The notes under the pieces were generated by a model. The model saw only the letters and a list, made by a program, of their open reading frames with translations, was not told the origin of the DNA and searched no databases. From Antechinus flavipes (Eukaryota): a DNA stretch of 64,000 nucleotides. This document shows, piece by piece, positions 36,847-49,501 of the stretch. The stretch lies in contig NC_067402.1 of the NCBI RefSeq assembly GCF_016432865.1, forward strand, positions 223,510,001 through 223,574,000, given 5' to 3'. How positions within the stretch are numbered: position 1 is the first letter of the stretch; the number at the start of each line of letters is the position of its first letter. The position numbers and the translations under genes were made by a program.

Positions 36847-37200
36847 GTGGGATGTGAACAGGGGAATATACAGGAAAGGGGAGTGAATGGTTTAGGAGCA
36901 CCCTGAAGAATCAAGAGTTATTAACAGAATTGAGTAGTCTTAGTAGATGGGATCAGATGGCATTAACAGGAGCTTGAGGAACAGAAATAAAGAGAAGATG
37001 GAGTATTTGGAAAATAGACAGGGATGAGAAAATAGAAGCAGCACAAGAGGGTAGTAAATCTAAATCAAGGCTATAGACACTAGGATGCATGTCAGATTAC
37101 AGATGCTGATGTGATGCCAACCATAAAAAATAAGGTCTCAAGTCTCAGGCTTCTCTTTGAACAGTGAAACTCATTACCTTTTAATTCTCCTCTCTCCCAG

Positions 37201-37299
37201 GGCATCCTCAACTCTGAGGACTCAGACTTCGATAGCACGGAACTGGATAACTCAGGCAGTGCTGATGCCCTGCAGCCTCCTGCCTCCCTCCCTCCATGA
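37201..37299 (+). CDS. MAP3K12: MAP3K12 last coding exon
   Basis: cccag|GGC; [32 protein letters not shown]; spliced CDS 2691 nt = 896 aa. Confidence 0.95.
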   Translation, partial: GILNSEDSDFDSTELDNSGSADALQPPASLPP

Positions 37300-38859
37300 A
37301 TGCCACCCTTGCCCAATGTATAGAGAAATATTTATATAAATTATATATATTCGACACATATTCAACAGAAAAAAAACAGGGCTGCTCCAGCCTGACATCA
37401 GGATTGTGGTTGCTTCCCCCCAACATCCATCTGGACTTGGGGAAGACTGGTATCTACGGGGATAGGCTCAGCCTAGGAACCTACGTACCCATTTCCATGG
37501 TCAGCTGGCTGTCTCTGGGGTAGAAAAATAAGAAAACCTGTTATTCCCCCCTCTTCAGCCTCACCCTATCTTAAAAGTCTTGGGGGTAGGGGCAGGGCAA
37601 CTGCCTAACACTGCACTTTTTTTTGTTTATTACCCTGTTTACAAATTTTGCACTTGGGAGGAGAGAGGCCAGGACTGAGTCCTCTCCTCTGAGGCTTCTC
37701 AGGTGATTATTCACCCTCCCTCCCTTTTTTTAAAGCTCCCCACCCACCCTAATGGCTAAAGGACTCAGGAGGAAGGAGAAGCAGTAAAGAGCATGTGATG
37801 ATGGCTCAGGCCAGGATGAAATTATGTGGACCTCTGTACCCAGTCCAACTGCCTTTTGGGGGTGGAACTGTCACTGTTGTAACTCCTGTAAGATACCTTG
37901 AAATATAATCAATCCATGCAGGCTCAGCTGTTGAGTTTTCTTGTCAAGTGGGAGAACTACAGAGTAAGGGAGTAAAGAACTGGAGGTGGGGGGTTAAATA
38001 TGATTGTCTTGCAGAAAATGTTAAAAGTCGAAAACAGAAGAACTTGAAAAACTTCCCCCTAATCCATCAATTGCAAGCAAATCTGAATTAGATTTGCCTG
38101 TATTTCATATCACCCCTTTTCAAGAGGTATCATGGAAAAATCCTACAGAAGCTAAAATAGTTATCTTTACAATCAGGCTTCCTCACTTGGTAAGACTCTA
38201 TGGCAGTCTGAGGAAGGGGTGAGAAGGGAAAGGGGACTTTAATTAACACATGTTGAATGAACCGTATTCTGGCTATGTCAGTCCCACTATTCAGGTACTC
38301 ATGCCCAAGCACTTAGAACATTTTGTCTCACCTCCCCCTCCCCCACCTCCCAGTTAATATTTTCATTGGAGAAGATCGAAAAGGTGGAATCAGCTGCTTC
38401 CCAGTGACTCAAATGAATACTAGATATTACTCCCTTTTTACTCCAAGTTCCATTTTCCCTCTTATTATTAGGTCTAGTTCTCAAACTAGATCTCTGGCAT
38501 AAGAGGCTTAACCAAGGAGCCAATGATGGCCAACTATGTATGGTGGGTCTCATAACTTTTCTTAGGGAATGAAATAAACAGGCTTCCTTTCCCACTATCA
38601 AATGGAAAAATAACTATGACTGAGGTTACATAGGAAGATCAAGAATCCTGATCAATCAGCTTTGGAGACTTAAGTCTGAGGCAAAACAGAAGAGATGAAG
38701 GCAACATTTTTAGTTGGGGAAGGGCTCTATATTCCAATCCTCAATGACTGGGATTCCGGATCCCACAGTGATTCAGGTGAGAGGGACACAGACAGAAGGG
38801 AGTTTAACAGGAATAAAACCCACATGAAGCACCGTGGCATCCAGTTTCTATTCACAAGG

Positions 38860-39033
38860 AAAAAGCTCCAGTCCATCTTTTAATTTTTTTTTGAAAAATT
38901 CCTGACATTACAGAACTAAACTGAAATGTATTAATATTCCACTCTTACATTTCAATGACAAAAACAGAAAAAAAAATTCATGAGCCCAAAAAAAAAAAAA
39001 AACCAAAAACAAAAAAAAAAAAAAAACCAAAAA

Positions 39034-39065
<32 letters not shown>

Positions 39066-39291
39066 AGGGAGAAGCTTATAAAACTAAATATGGTNNNNNN
39101 NNNNNNNNNNNNNNNNNNNNNNNNNNNNNNNNNNNNNNNNNNNNNNNNNNNNNNNNNNNNNNNNNNNNNNNNNNNNNNNNNNNNNNNNNNNNNNNNNNNN
39201 NNNNNNNNNNNNNNNNNNNNNNNNNNNNNNNNNNNNNNNNNNNNNNNNNNNNNNNNNNNNNNAAGGGGGTTATGGGTGAGTCTGCATTGTT
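38860..39291 (-). other. PCBP2: PCBP2 canonical 3'UTR, proximal part (interrupted by a gap)
   Basis: Follows the TAG; catatttagttttataagcttctccctg, a long U-rich tract (38986-39064) and gtggaatattaatacatttcag resemble the human UTR as recalled; ATTAAA on - strand at 38878-38883. Confidence 0.8.
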
Positions 39292-39328
39292 CTAGCTGCT
39301 CCCCATGCCACCCGTCTCCGAGGAAAGC
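39292..39328 (-). CDS. PCBP2: PCBP2 canonical last coding exon
   Basis: ttgcag|G acceptor; (R)LSSETGGMGSS*. Confidence 0.95.
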
Positions 39329-42300
39329 CTGCAACACAGAAATAGACAAAGCTTATAATCAGTTTTTCCTTTTAATCCAATAACACCCACCTTTCCCCAA
39401 AAATCTTCCTGGGGCACATGTATATAATTGTTTTTAAAGTAATGAAGTCAAAGGAAAAAAGTCCTGCCATCTAATTAGCTCAGAATTGATAGTGAGGTTA
39501 TATTCTCCTGAATTTTTTTATGCAAACTCAAATTACTTAAATAATACCTGTCTTTTGGATAAGAGAACCCTAAGGGGCTGGTGATCTTGAAAAAATCTTA
39601 AACTTTTGATTTCCAGAATATAAATTTCTGTACCCAAAGCACTATGTAGAGAAGAACCAATTGGATTGATGAGGAATAGAACTTGAAATCAAGAATTATC
39701 AGTAGCTATTATCTTCTAGGTTTCGATATTAAGGTATAAAACAGTACTGATCAAAAGAATATGATCCAATTAGCTTTTTCATTGAGGCTGGATTCCAAGT
39801 CCCAGTTATGATTACTCCTCTCTCAAACACAACCTCACATTGCTGCAAAAGAGATTTAATACTTATTCGTAGTCACATTGGCAGTTTATAATTAACTAAT
39901 ATGCCACTCTAGGGATTAATTAGTAAGAAAACTCAATTTAAGGAATTGGTAACATGCAGAATTATAATGCAACTTAGGGAAGGTGTGAATTGATTGGGAG
40001 TCTGACTAAAACTATCCTGCTTTGGATATTCAACATAAATCAGGTTAGGAAAGAAGTGTTACACTGAAAAAATAAAAGCAAAGGGCTTTGGATCCACAAA
40101 TCTCTTGCATAAAAATTGGCCATATTCTAATTCAAAAAGGGCAAGGGAAGACAAAAAAAATGGGGGAGGAGTGGAGGAAGCAGGGGATTTGGAGCAATTG
40201 AGGTCAGTCAAAACTGCTAGAGAAGGATGAAAGCAGGGGTTCCTGAGGAAGGAACTGTCGGATGTGGCCTGGATCCAAGGCAGAAGAGAGGCTATTGGAG
40301 GAGAATAGATGGAAGTATGAGAGCAACATTGGTCCCAAGGTCCCAGCAGGGTGAGCTGGGCCACTGGCCCAAGCCCCTACAGAGCCCAAGCTGTCCCCTT
40401 CTTACAGTAGGGGTGAGGATGTAAGGGAAAGCAGCCATAATCCAACAGAGCCTTTTAAGTTATCTGCCAATACTAAAGTGTAGAAAGTGTCACTATTAGA
40501 GTGGCCACGTGAGGGCGCCCCAAGCCTCTAATTTCTATATGAAAAACTAGACATCATCTCTCCAATTTCCTTTAACTTTCTTAGATCCCTCAAGTATCTA
40601 AAAGTCCCACTCAATAAATAAGCAGATTAAAAATAGAAATAGAAGCAGAGGTAGGGGCCAGAGTAGAGGAAAGTAGTGGTATTGGAATGCCACAGCACCA
40701 ATAACAATATATTTAGAAAACGGGACTATCAAGAAATCCACCCCTCTGTTAAACATTTTAAAAAGTATCTTCAACCTGGGAACTGGAATAGATAAATTTT
40801 ATGGTTGTGCCCAAGGACCCACCCCTTCTCCCTCCCTAGGCCAGATCCATTCAGGCATATAATCCGGAATAATAGATACTATGTAAAATAGCAGACTAGA
40901 AAAAATGGCCAACAGGATTAGACAATAAATAAATTAAATATGAACCAAAACTGGAAAGGGACGTCAATCTGTTCTTTCTCAAGCTTCACACTCTCTAATG
41001 CAAGAGAGGCCCACTATTCAAACTCTCCCATTATCTTTTGAAGCTAACCACACATTTCCATTAGTGGTCAACTATCTTGGGAGCATGAATGGTGCCATAA
41101 ACTAAAATTCCCCAGACTATCTTGCTGTTTGCTTCTAAGAGATAAAATTGGATCATCAGTTTCTAGACTAAATCAACCCAAAATGAGTGAATACTAAAAA
41201 ATAAAAAGTGAGACAGAATTTTTAAGAATCAAATTATATAGTCTAATTATCCCTAACTTACCCTCATTTTCTATTCATTTAATTTTCCTAGTTCCAGTGT
41301 TGACAGATCACATATGGATCTCACCTGTTTCCATAGGGTTTCGCTCAGTATGATAAAGGGGTTTAAAATAGATCACTGAGGTCTTTTTGTTTTAATTTCC
41401 AACAAATCTCCATGGGTAATTTCCCTTCAAGTTTTTTTGTTCTTGTTTGAGGGAAGAGGGGAGTGTCACAGTGGAACATCCAATGTGAATTTACATTAGG
41501 ACACTATATACCAAGAGACTACTATGCTCAAAGAAATCTGAAATTATGGGAAGCCACAGGGCACTCAACAAAAATATACATCATAGAATGCTCACCATCC
41601 CTGCTATAACAAAATAATTTAATCTAAATCAGCATTTTTATCAATTTTAAGAGGGACAGATAAAAGAGGCTCTGACCACACTTAGAGGGAATAAGAATAA
41701 AAACTGCCACAGGACAACCCCTCCTACTTCAAATCCCACTATGGATATTATAGTATGAAATCAGGCAACAAAAAAAGGAGGCTTGGTAGTAAATACACAC
41801 ACCTAATTTTCAGGTAAACATAAAGACCCTCCCCACCCTTTACCCTTTGGAATATCACATTGATAACTAACACAATTCTCACTGTGCCAATTTTATTATA
41901 GCTACACAAAGTTATTTCCAGCCAAGAGGCCTGCTAAGCAACTTAAAACTAAGAAAGAATTTAAAAAAAAAAAAGTTTAACGGAGTAGCCTTTATTCATT
42001 AAACACAGACCCTAACACATTGTCATATTGCAAGGCAAAAAAAGCTACAGAAGGGGGGAGAAAAAGGGAAGGAGAGAGGGAGAGAAGAATTGGGGGAGGG
42101 GAAGGAAAAGGGAAGAAGCAACAGCTACGGCTCTAGATAAGGAATTCAACAAATCACAGACTCTGAAACAGGCAAACACTCAGCTCAACTGCCTGGACCT
42201 AAGCAAGGATCTCCCCCCACCCCCTTCCCCCACAAAAGCACCAAGGAAGGTCACAAGCTCACAATTATTTGGTTTTCACCAATGTTAACACAAAGGAAAA

Positions 42301-42350
42301 AAAAATAAAGCCCAGAAACACTTTTGAAGGGATGCCCCAGAAATCTGCCA

Positions 42351-42435
42351 TCAGTAGGGAGAAAATCTCTGTTTCTCAGCTTTCAGTTTGTTAGTTACGC
42401 ATGGCACGGCAGAGGTGGTGGTGGTGGCAGCCGAA
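42351..42435 (-). CDS. PCBP2: Visible 3' part of an alternative PCBP2 terminal exon (remainder in gap 42436-42730)
   Basis: SAATTTTSAVPCVTNKLKAEKQRFSPY*; resembles the PCBP4 C-terminus (..KKAERQKFSPY); branch-point-like and polypyrimidine sequence on the other side of the gap; AATAAA on - strand at 41991-41996. Confidence 0.75.
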
Positions 42436-45400
42436 NNNNNNNNNNNNNNNNNNNNNNNNNNNNNNNNNNNNNNNNNNNNNNNNNNNNNNNNNNNNNNNNN
42501 NNNNNNNNNNNNNNNNNNNNNNNNNNNNNNNNNNNNNNNNNNNNNNNNNNNNNNNNNNNNNNNNNNNNNNNNNNNNNNNNNNNNNNNNNNNNNNNNNNNN
42601 NNNNNNNNNNNNNNNNNNNNNNNNNNNNNNNNNNNNNNNNNNNNNNNNNNNNNNNNNNNNNNNNNNNNNNNNNNNNNNNNNNNNNNNNNNNNNNNNNNNN
42701 NNNNNNNNNNNNNNNNNNNNNNNNNNNNNNAAAAAACCGGGTGGGTGGACGGGAAGACCACAAAAAAAAAAAAAAAAAAGTACAGGACAACGGCTTCAGT
42801 CATCAGTAAGTGCCTCTGGCTGTCAAACAGGAGGGTCTCAAACCAGCAGTTTTGCTAACTACATCTTACTTGTAGCCCGATCTCCCCACCCCCACCCCCC
42901 ACCCCCATCATTATTGTCTTAAGATTTTGAGCTTCTAATGTTGTCTAAAACTTCTACCTCAAATGTGGCAAACTAGAAGTGTAACACAATCTAATGACTA
43001 TTGTACCCCACCCCGATCCCAAATAGCAAGGGATCACCTAAAAAGGAGTTAGATATTCTGAGGTCATCATCCCTCCCATTCAAAGCATCAATGTCCTGAG
43101 TCCTTTAAGAATCAACTCAAAACAATCACATCAATATAGAGAAACAAATTTTTGGTTCATTTTTAAATCAATCTGGGTTTAGAAATTATTATTTATTCCC
43201 TTACCTATTTTCTTAATTGTAGAGTCATTTAAACACACATACACACAAGTATGAGGCTATTTTCACTTATCTAAATAGCAGATTTTCAAAAACTCAGCCC
43301 AGCCCACTGTTTTGCTCATAAGGTACTAAACAGAGTGTTTCCCAAATTCCCAAATTCTGTAAGGAGAGTAGCACCTTGGAACAAAGTGTTAAGGAGTATT
43401 ATCAGAATTTGCTTAAGTGGAAGCAAGAAGAAAAACAGCAAGATTAAGAAAAGGCTTATTATTGCTTCTACTGATACAAGCCTGAAGCCCTGCAGCTGAG
43501 AACTAAATTGCATGGTATCAGATCCTTGACTGTGTACTGGAGAAGCTCATCTCCAAAACAAAGACTTTCTATAAACTAACTCCACTGGCTGATGGACCCT
43601 GGCTGCAGCAGCTGCCACCACCTCCTCTGCCACCTTCCCCAGTCAAAACCAAAGTTAAGCATCTGAGTACAAGAGAACCCAGGACTTCTACTACCTGGAA
43701 TTGTTAATTTCAAAGGAAAATAAATGGTGGAAGAAAAGAAGGTATATTCTTAAGTAATTGCTCTCAAATAACTAAGGTAAAATTAAGGTAAGAAGTTTAA
43801 GCTTTTTGGGATACACTGTCTCCAAAATTGAGGGTACAATACCATTTATTTAACAGGATGACCTAATTTGGGGTTATCACAGAGAAAAATAGGTATTATA
43901 AAAATGTGCCACTCTGTCCAGTAAGAACCAGCAAGAGCAAGCAGTTGAATACTTGCAACTGCAAGCTTGCTCAAGACAAAATAATGCAGGTACTTTATTT
44001 AAATTTCATAATCAAAAATAAACCTCTAACTTAGTAAGCAGCCTCTTTTCAGTGAATTAAATAAGGACAAATTTGAATACTCAAGACCCTATGATTTTCA
44101 AACTATCCTTTCTACACACATCAAGGTATGCTAACTCTTAAAGAGCCCAATTTTCTATCCAAAAATGCCTTATATTGCCTACCAGCATAAAAAAAAAAAG
44201 TGAGCAGGGACAGGTGACAGAAAATAACTTACAATCATCGTAAGTAATGAATTCAGGAAAAATAATAAATATTTCAGCTGGCCACAGGATTTGTCATCAA
44301 ATCCAGATCATAGTGTCAGATCCCTTGACCTTGGGTTAATTGTCAACAAGGGTAAAGCCCTATGTCCAGTCCCTTCTGTTTCTGGGGCTTGGGGGGAAAG
44401 GGAGTGAATAGGAAATGGATATTTAAAAACTAAGGATTTCCATATCCCTGGGGAAATAGAAGATGGAGGCAGAACAAATAAAAGTGTAAGGCATTGAGAC
44501 AAATATCTATGCTACAGATCACTTCAGAACACTAGGCTAAATATGGAAAGGGAAAAAAATTTGTATTCTCAATGTCCCATGTTGTTCAGGAAACCGAGGC
44601 GGTTACCCTCTAAGGCACCCTTCTGCCTCTATCATTCAGGCATGTCTTTGTCACAGGCATCTGCTTATCTCCAGTCTAAACTATGTTCCACATGCTTTAA
44701 GTAACCTGTTTAATACTAAAATATTTGGTGGTCTTTATAATGGCTCCATGAAAGGGAACTATGGGTGATTTAAAGTCTTAATCATGAGCCTAAAAATCAA
44801 CACGTAAAAGAATAGAAAATGGAAATTGCTTATTATTATTGCTATATAGGATCTACATATATTTTAGGAGCCACAAAAGCTATAGCACAGTAGCATTATT
44901 TGATTCCAATAAAAGCGAGAAAAAAATCAATGGCACATCACTAGATGGAATAGTTTATATATTTTTAAAAATTAATCTTACATCATCCCTGTCCAAGTTC
45001 CTTACCTGAAGCAATGGAACATACTTGTATTATCTCACACTAATATTAAATGTCTTTGAGCTTCAGTCCTCAACCAACAGATGCTTTTCATGCAGTTCTG
45101 CCTGCCATATTTCACTATTCTCCTTAACTCAATTAGAGAATAAAGTTTGTAAACTTCATTCTCCCAATTACATTATTTGAAGAAAGAAACTACAAACAGC
45201 AATCTTATTAGGGGCTGTGATGGCTAGTCTTATCAATATGACTATGAGGGCATGTTCATTCTGACCAAGCTATCATAATTAGCAAAGAATAAAGTGGGAA
45301 TCTTAGAGAACAAATATATTAATCCTCTCCCTGGCTTGGTCCCATAAATGAGCTAATACGTGTCTTTGTTGAAAATACCAAGATCCAATCTATTTTTCCT

Positions 45401-45630
45401 CTTTTTTTCCTCATACAACTCACATTCTGGTCAGACCAATCCATTTAATAGATGAGTAAGAGAGGAAAGAAGCTAAGCAACACATCCAAAGAGACAAAAA
45501 CATGGCTTTAGTTTAGGACTAGGGTAGTAGCCTCCTGCTTTCTTGTCCCTCAAAACACCCCCAAAGATAATATGCAGAGATACAACACCCTACCCTCACC
45601 CCATAAATCATCAAATTAGGAGAACCCTTA

Positions 45631-45855
<225 letters not shown>

Positions 45856-46594
45856 TTAAGAATAGCTCTATGCCTATCCTAGGAAATCCTATCCTATTCC
45901 CAATTTACCCAACATAACACCTGGGAACAGAGTAGGTGCTTCCTGAAGATAAGTTGGGGGGTGGAGGGGTAGGTAGTGGGAAAAGGGAAGATTTATCCAC
46001 ATACTTTTATTCTGAGGTTCTGAACATTTCTATCATAGGTGTATGGGCGCGTATGTACAGATTTCACTACAAAGCTAGATCCAAAACTATTTATTAGCTG
46101 TATCTAAGCTGATAATTAAATCATGAGTTCTAAAGACCAAATGGGACAAAGAAAGGCAAAATGCTCATATATCCACCTGGATAAGGCAAACTTAATTTAG
46201 GACCAAGACCCCCTCCCAATGTTTCAAATATATAATAACCCCATATACTAGGGTTAATCCCTTTCTGGGAGCCTCAGGTCTTTTGTTAACAGCTCAAAAC
46301 ACAAATGTATCTGCTGGAAGCACAAAAGAGAAAAAAATTCTACCTAGTGTCAATCAGGTTAATTAAAAAATAAATTCTTAAAAAAAAAAGTGCTACTAGG
46401 TGCCAGACAAAAGATACTATATATCTGCCCCATTTATTCAAAAATGACCTTTTCCTTATTTGATGAGGAGCATACGAATTCTACTTAGGATCCATTTAGC
46501 GTACAAATTTTCTACTTTGAAATGAGGCTTATGGCTCATTCTATCTTATTCCCAAGTCATCTAGTGACTCCCATTATATACCAAATAAACTTAC

Positions 46595-46650
46595 GTCATT
46601 TGGAATGGTGAGTTCATGAGAAGTAGTCTGAGCAGATGCATCCAAACCTG
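46595..46650 (-). CDS. PCBP2: PCBP2 exon, start of KH3 (NAGNAG acceptor, 56 or 53 nt)
   Basis: ttttag|cag|GT; (A)GLDASAQTTSHELTIPND. Confidence 0.95.
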
Positions 46651-48102
46651 CTAAAAGACAGAAGAGACCAGGGAAAATTTAATGCACAATAGAGCAGGCT
46701 CCCATTGTGTAGCATATTAACCTTAATAGGAAACAGAACAGACCACAAAACCCAGCATTGACTGTTGGAATTCATGACTACCTTGGTGAGGTTCCCAAGG
46801 AGGAAGAAAAGGTAGATAATGCTGTTAAGTGCTTCCTCCACACGAACCCTTCCCCTCAAAGAGGTCGCCTCATATATCACCTTCCTTTCAAACCAGGCCT
46901 GCAGCTTAGAGAGGGTGCAGGGGACCCTCACACAGGACCATTATTAACACCAGACTTTGTTAGCTGAAGCTACCCTCCCACCCGATCAGCAACCACAGTT
47001 GGTGTGTTCCAACTCTGCCAATCTTACCGGATGCCTACTGACACCAGTACCAAGAACACCAGGCTAGCTATCACAAGAAGCCAGGGTTCTGTTTTGCTAG
47101 GCACACATGCAGAGTTGTGCTTTAAATACAACCACACCAGCTAACATACCCAGTTTACCCTAGACAAGCTCAAAAGGATAAAAACTGGCAAATAAGGGGA
47201 ATTAAGGCAGGGATTTCTCTAGATGTCCCCCTTATAAAATGGTCAGCAATTTCTTTTCTTCTTTCTTTTCCTTAAATGCCAAGTTTTCCGCCCCCAGCAT
47301 GAATCCCATTCCCCAGCAATTTCAGAAAGGAGCAGAGGACCTGGATTAAACAAACCAGACCAACTGATTAACCCTTCCAGCCCCATTCTGCTCTCAGCTG
47401 TGGCTGCTTGTCTCTACATGTTTTAAAAGGGGGAGGGGCCAGATCCATCAAGGGACCTCATCAGGCCCACACCAATGCTCTCTCAGCTCCTTTGCCATGT
47501 GAAGGTCGCTGGTATGGTTTGTGGGCAGCGAAACAAANNNNNNNNNNNNNNNNNNNNNNNNNNNNNNNNNNNNNNNNNNNNNNNNNNNNNNNNNNNNNNN
47601 NNNNNNNNNNNNNNNNNNNNNNNNNNNNNNNNNNNNNNNNNNNNNNNNNNNNNNNNNNNNNNNNNNNNNNNNNNNNNNNNNNNNNNNNAGGGACAATTCA
47701 TCCTTATTATAAAAAACTCTACACAATTTGGCACAATGGATAGTCTCTACCCAGGTCTAGGAATAGCTGGTGGAGAGAAAGGGGGTGCCAGTCAGATCCA
47801 GGAGGCAGCAATCAGAATGGGTGAGAAGAAATATAGTCAGCCTACCCTGGGCCTGACAAGCACTCCCAGCCCTCCCCCCCAACCTTCCAGGGCCATTTTA
47901 AAACAACTCACCCCAAAAGAAAACCATGTTTAAAAAGAGAGACATTACCTCCTGGGGTCTAGGCACACTAGACAGGCTTTAAAAACAGCAGGATGCCTGG
48001 TATCGCAGTTTTTGTTTTTGATTACAGAGACAAGCTGGGGCCTTGGGGCCTGGCCTCTGGCTTGCATTATACCTTACAGAACAAATACTGAGGTATCCAT
48101 AC

Positions 48103-48175
48103 CACTGAATCCGGTGTTGCCATGCGTCATGGGAAAGTGAGACTGTTGCATTGCCAACTGGTGCAGCTTGGTCAA
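48103..48175 (-). CDS. PCBP2: PCBP2 linker exon
   Basis: LTKLHQLAMQQSHFPMTHGNTGFS; 73 nt. Confidence 0.96.
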
Positions 48176-49459
48176 CTGCAGAAGGAAGGAGAAAAATAAC
48201 AGGCTAAGAAAAGTAACAGCCCAAGATTCAAATCATAGAGGACTTAAATTTAAGAAATGAAGGAATACCAAACCCATTGTCAAATCTCCCCAACCACAAT
48301 ACATCGCGGAAAAACGAGAAGATTAAATAATTCCTGGGGATGGGTACTCTCTTGGGACAGGAAAAGGGAGGATTTGAAAAAGGGCATCAAATTGTATAAG
48401 CAAGAACACCCACCCCACACCCACTTTTTGAATGCTATTCCATGGAGGCCTCTGCAACCAGTGCAACAGTTGCCCCAGGGACAAGCTACACATAAAAGAG
48501 GAGGAAAACAAACTGCAGTTGGGTACTAGGGAAAACACACCATGCAGGATTCTGTCAGTACTGGGAAGAAGGGAGGGAAGTTAAGAAGGCAGGGAAACTG
48601 TAAGGAGGGGAGAGATTAAGAACCCAAATTATGTTTGGCATTAGCCCACCCACTTCTCAAGAACATTTATAAAAAGCTACTTCCCTCTTCTACATCAAAC
48701 TGCCCTGCTTCTGATGCAAACAGTTCCTCCATATCTACTTTCCCATCTCAGGGATTCCCACTAAAGGGATACCAAATTCTCAATTCCCCAAGGCTAATTA
48801 ATATTCAGCCCCTAAAGGATTATTAGTAAGGGCGAAGGAAGAACATAGGGGGAAATGCCCAAATCTGAACACTATAATCTTAGTAGAATAGAACATTTTC
48901 TTTTCCCAATTTAATGGAGGAACTGAATTAGAAAATTTCAGGGTTCTAGTCCCATCCCTATCAATAACTCACCTTCCCAAGATTCTGGGAATATTCCAAT
49001 GCCACCCCCTCAACCCCCCCCACCAGAAATAGAAAGAGGGCTACATGCAGAAGAAATTGTCAAGGAAAGAAAGAAGAGGGGATCCCAGACCATTTTATCA
49101 ATCAAAATTTGCTGTGCCCTGAGAGAACAATGACAATTTATCATGATCTATTTGCTTTGTTTTCTCTTAACAGAGGGCACTAGAACCAGATGGGGTTAAG
49201 TACAATTTGTGCATCTTTGGGCTGCACCTTTCAGGTGGGTACAAATGCCAACAGGGAAAAGGATGTAGCATAATGCCCTGATGTGATTATTTATCTGTCA
49301 CAGAGTTAAGTCATGGAATAGTATTTTAAGGAAAACAACTTGCTTGAAATCACATCTGATTTTAAAACCCAGCTCACTTCCGGCTACTTGGATGGGAGAA
49401 AGCACTCAGAAAATTTGATGGGAGAAAATTTCAAAACAAGAAGTGAAAACAAAACTTAC

Positions 49460-49501
49460 ATCTGGCTGTGGAATGGCATACTGTCCTTGAATGGTATAGG
49501 C
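49460..49501 (-). CDS. PCBP2: PCBP2 linker exon
   Basis: AYTIQGQYAIPQPD; 42 nt. Confidence 0.96.

Noticed and set aside
47390-47470. C-box-like CTGATGA and a distant CTGA on the - strand (possible C/D snoRNA)
   Set aside because: No terminal stem and no recognisable guide
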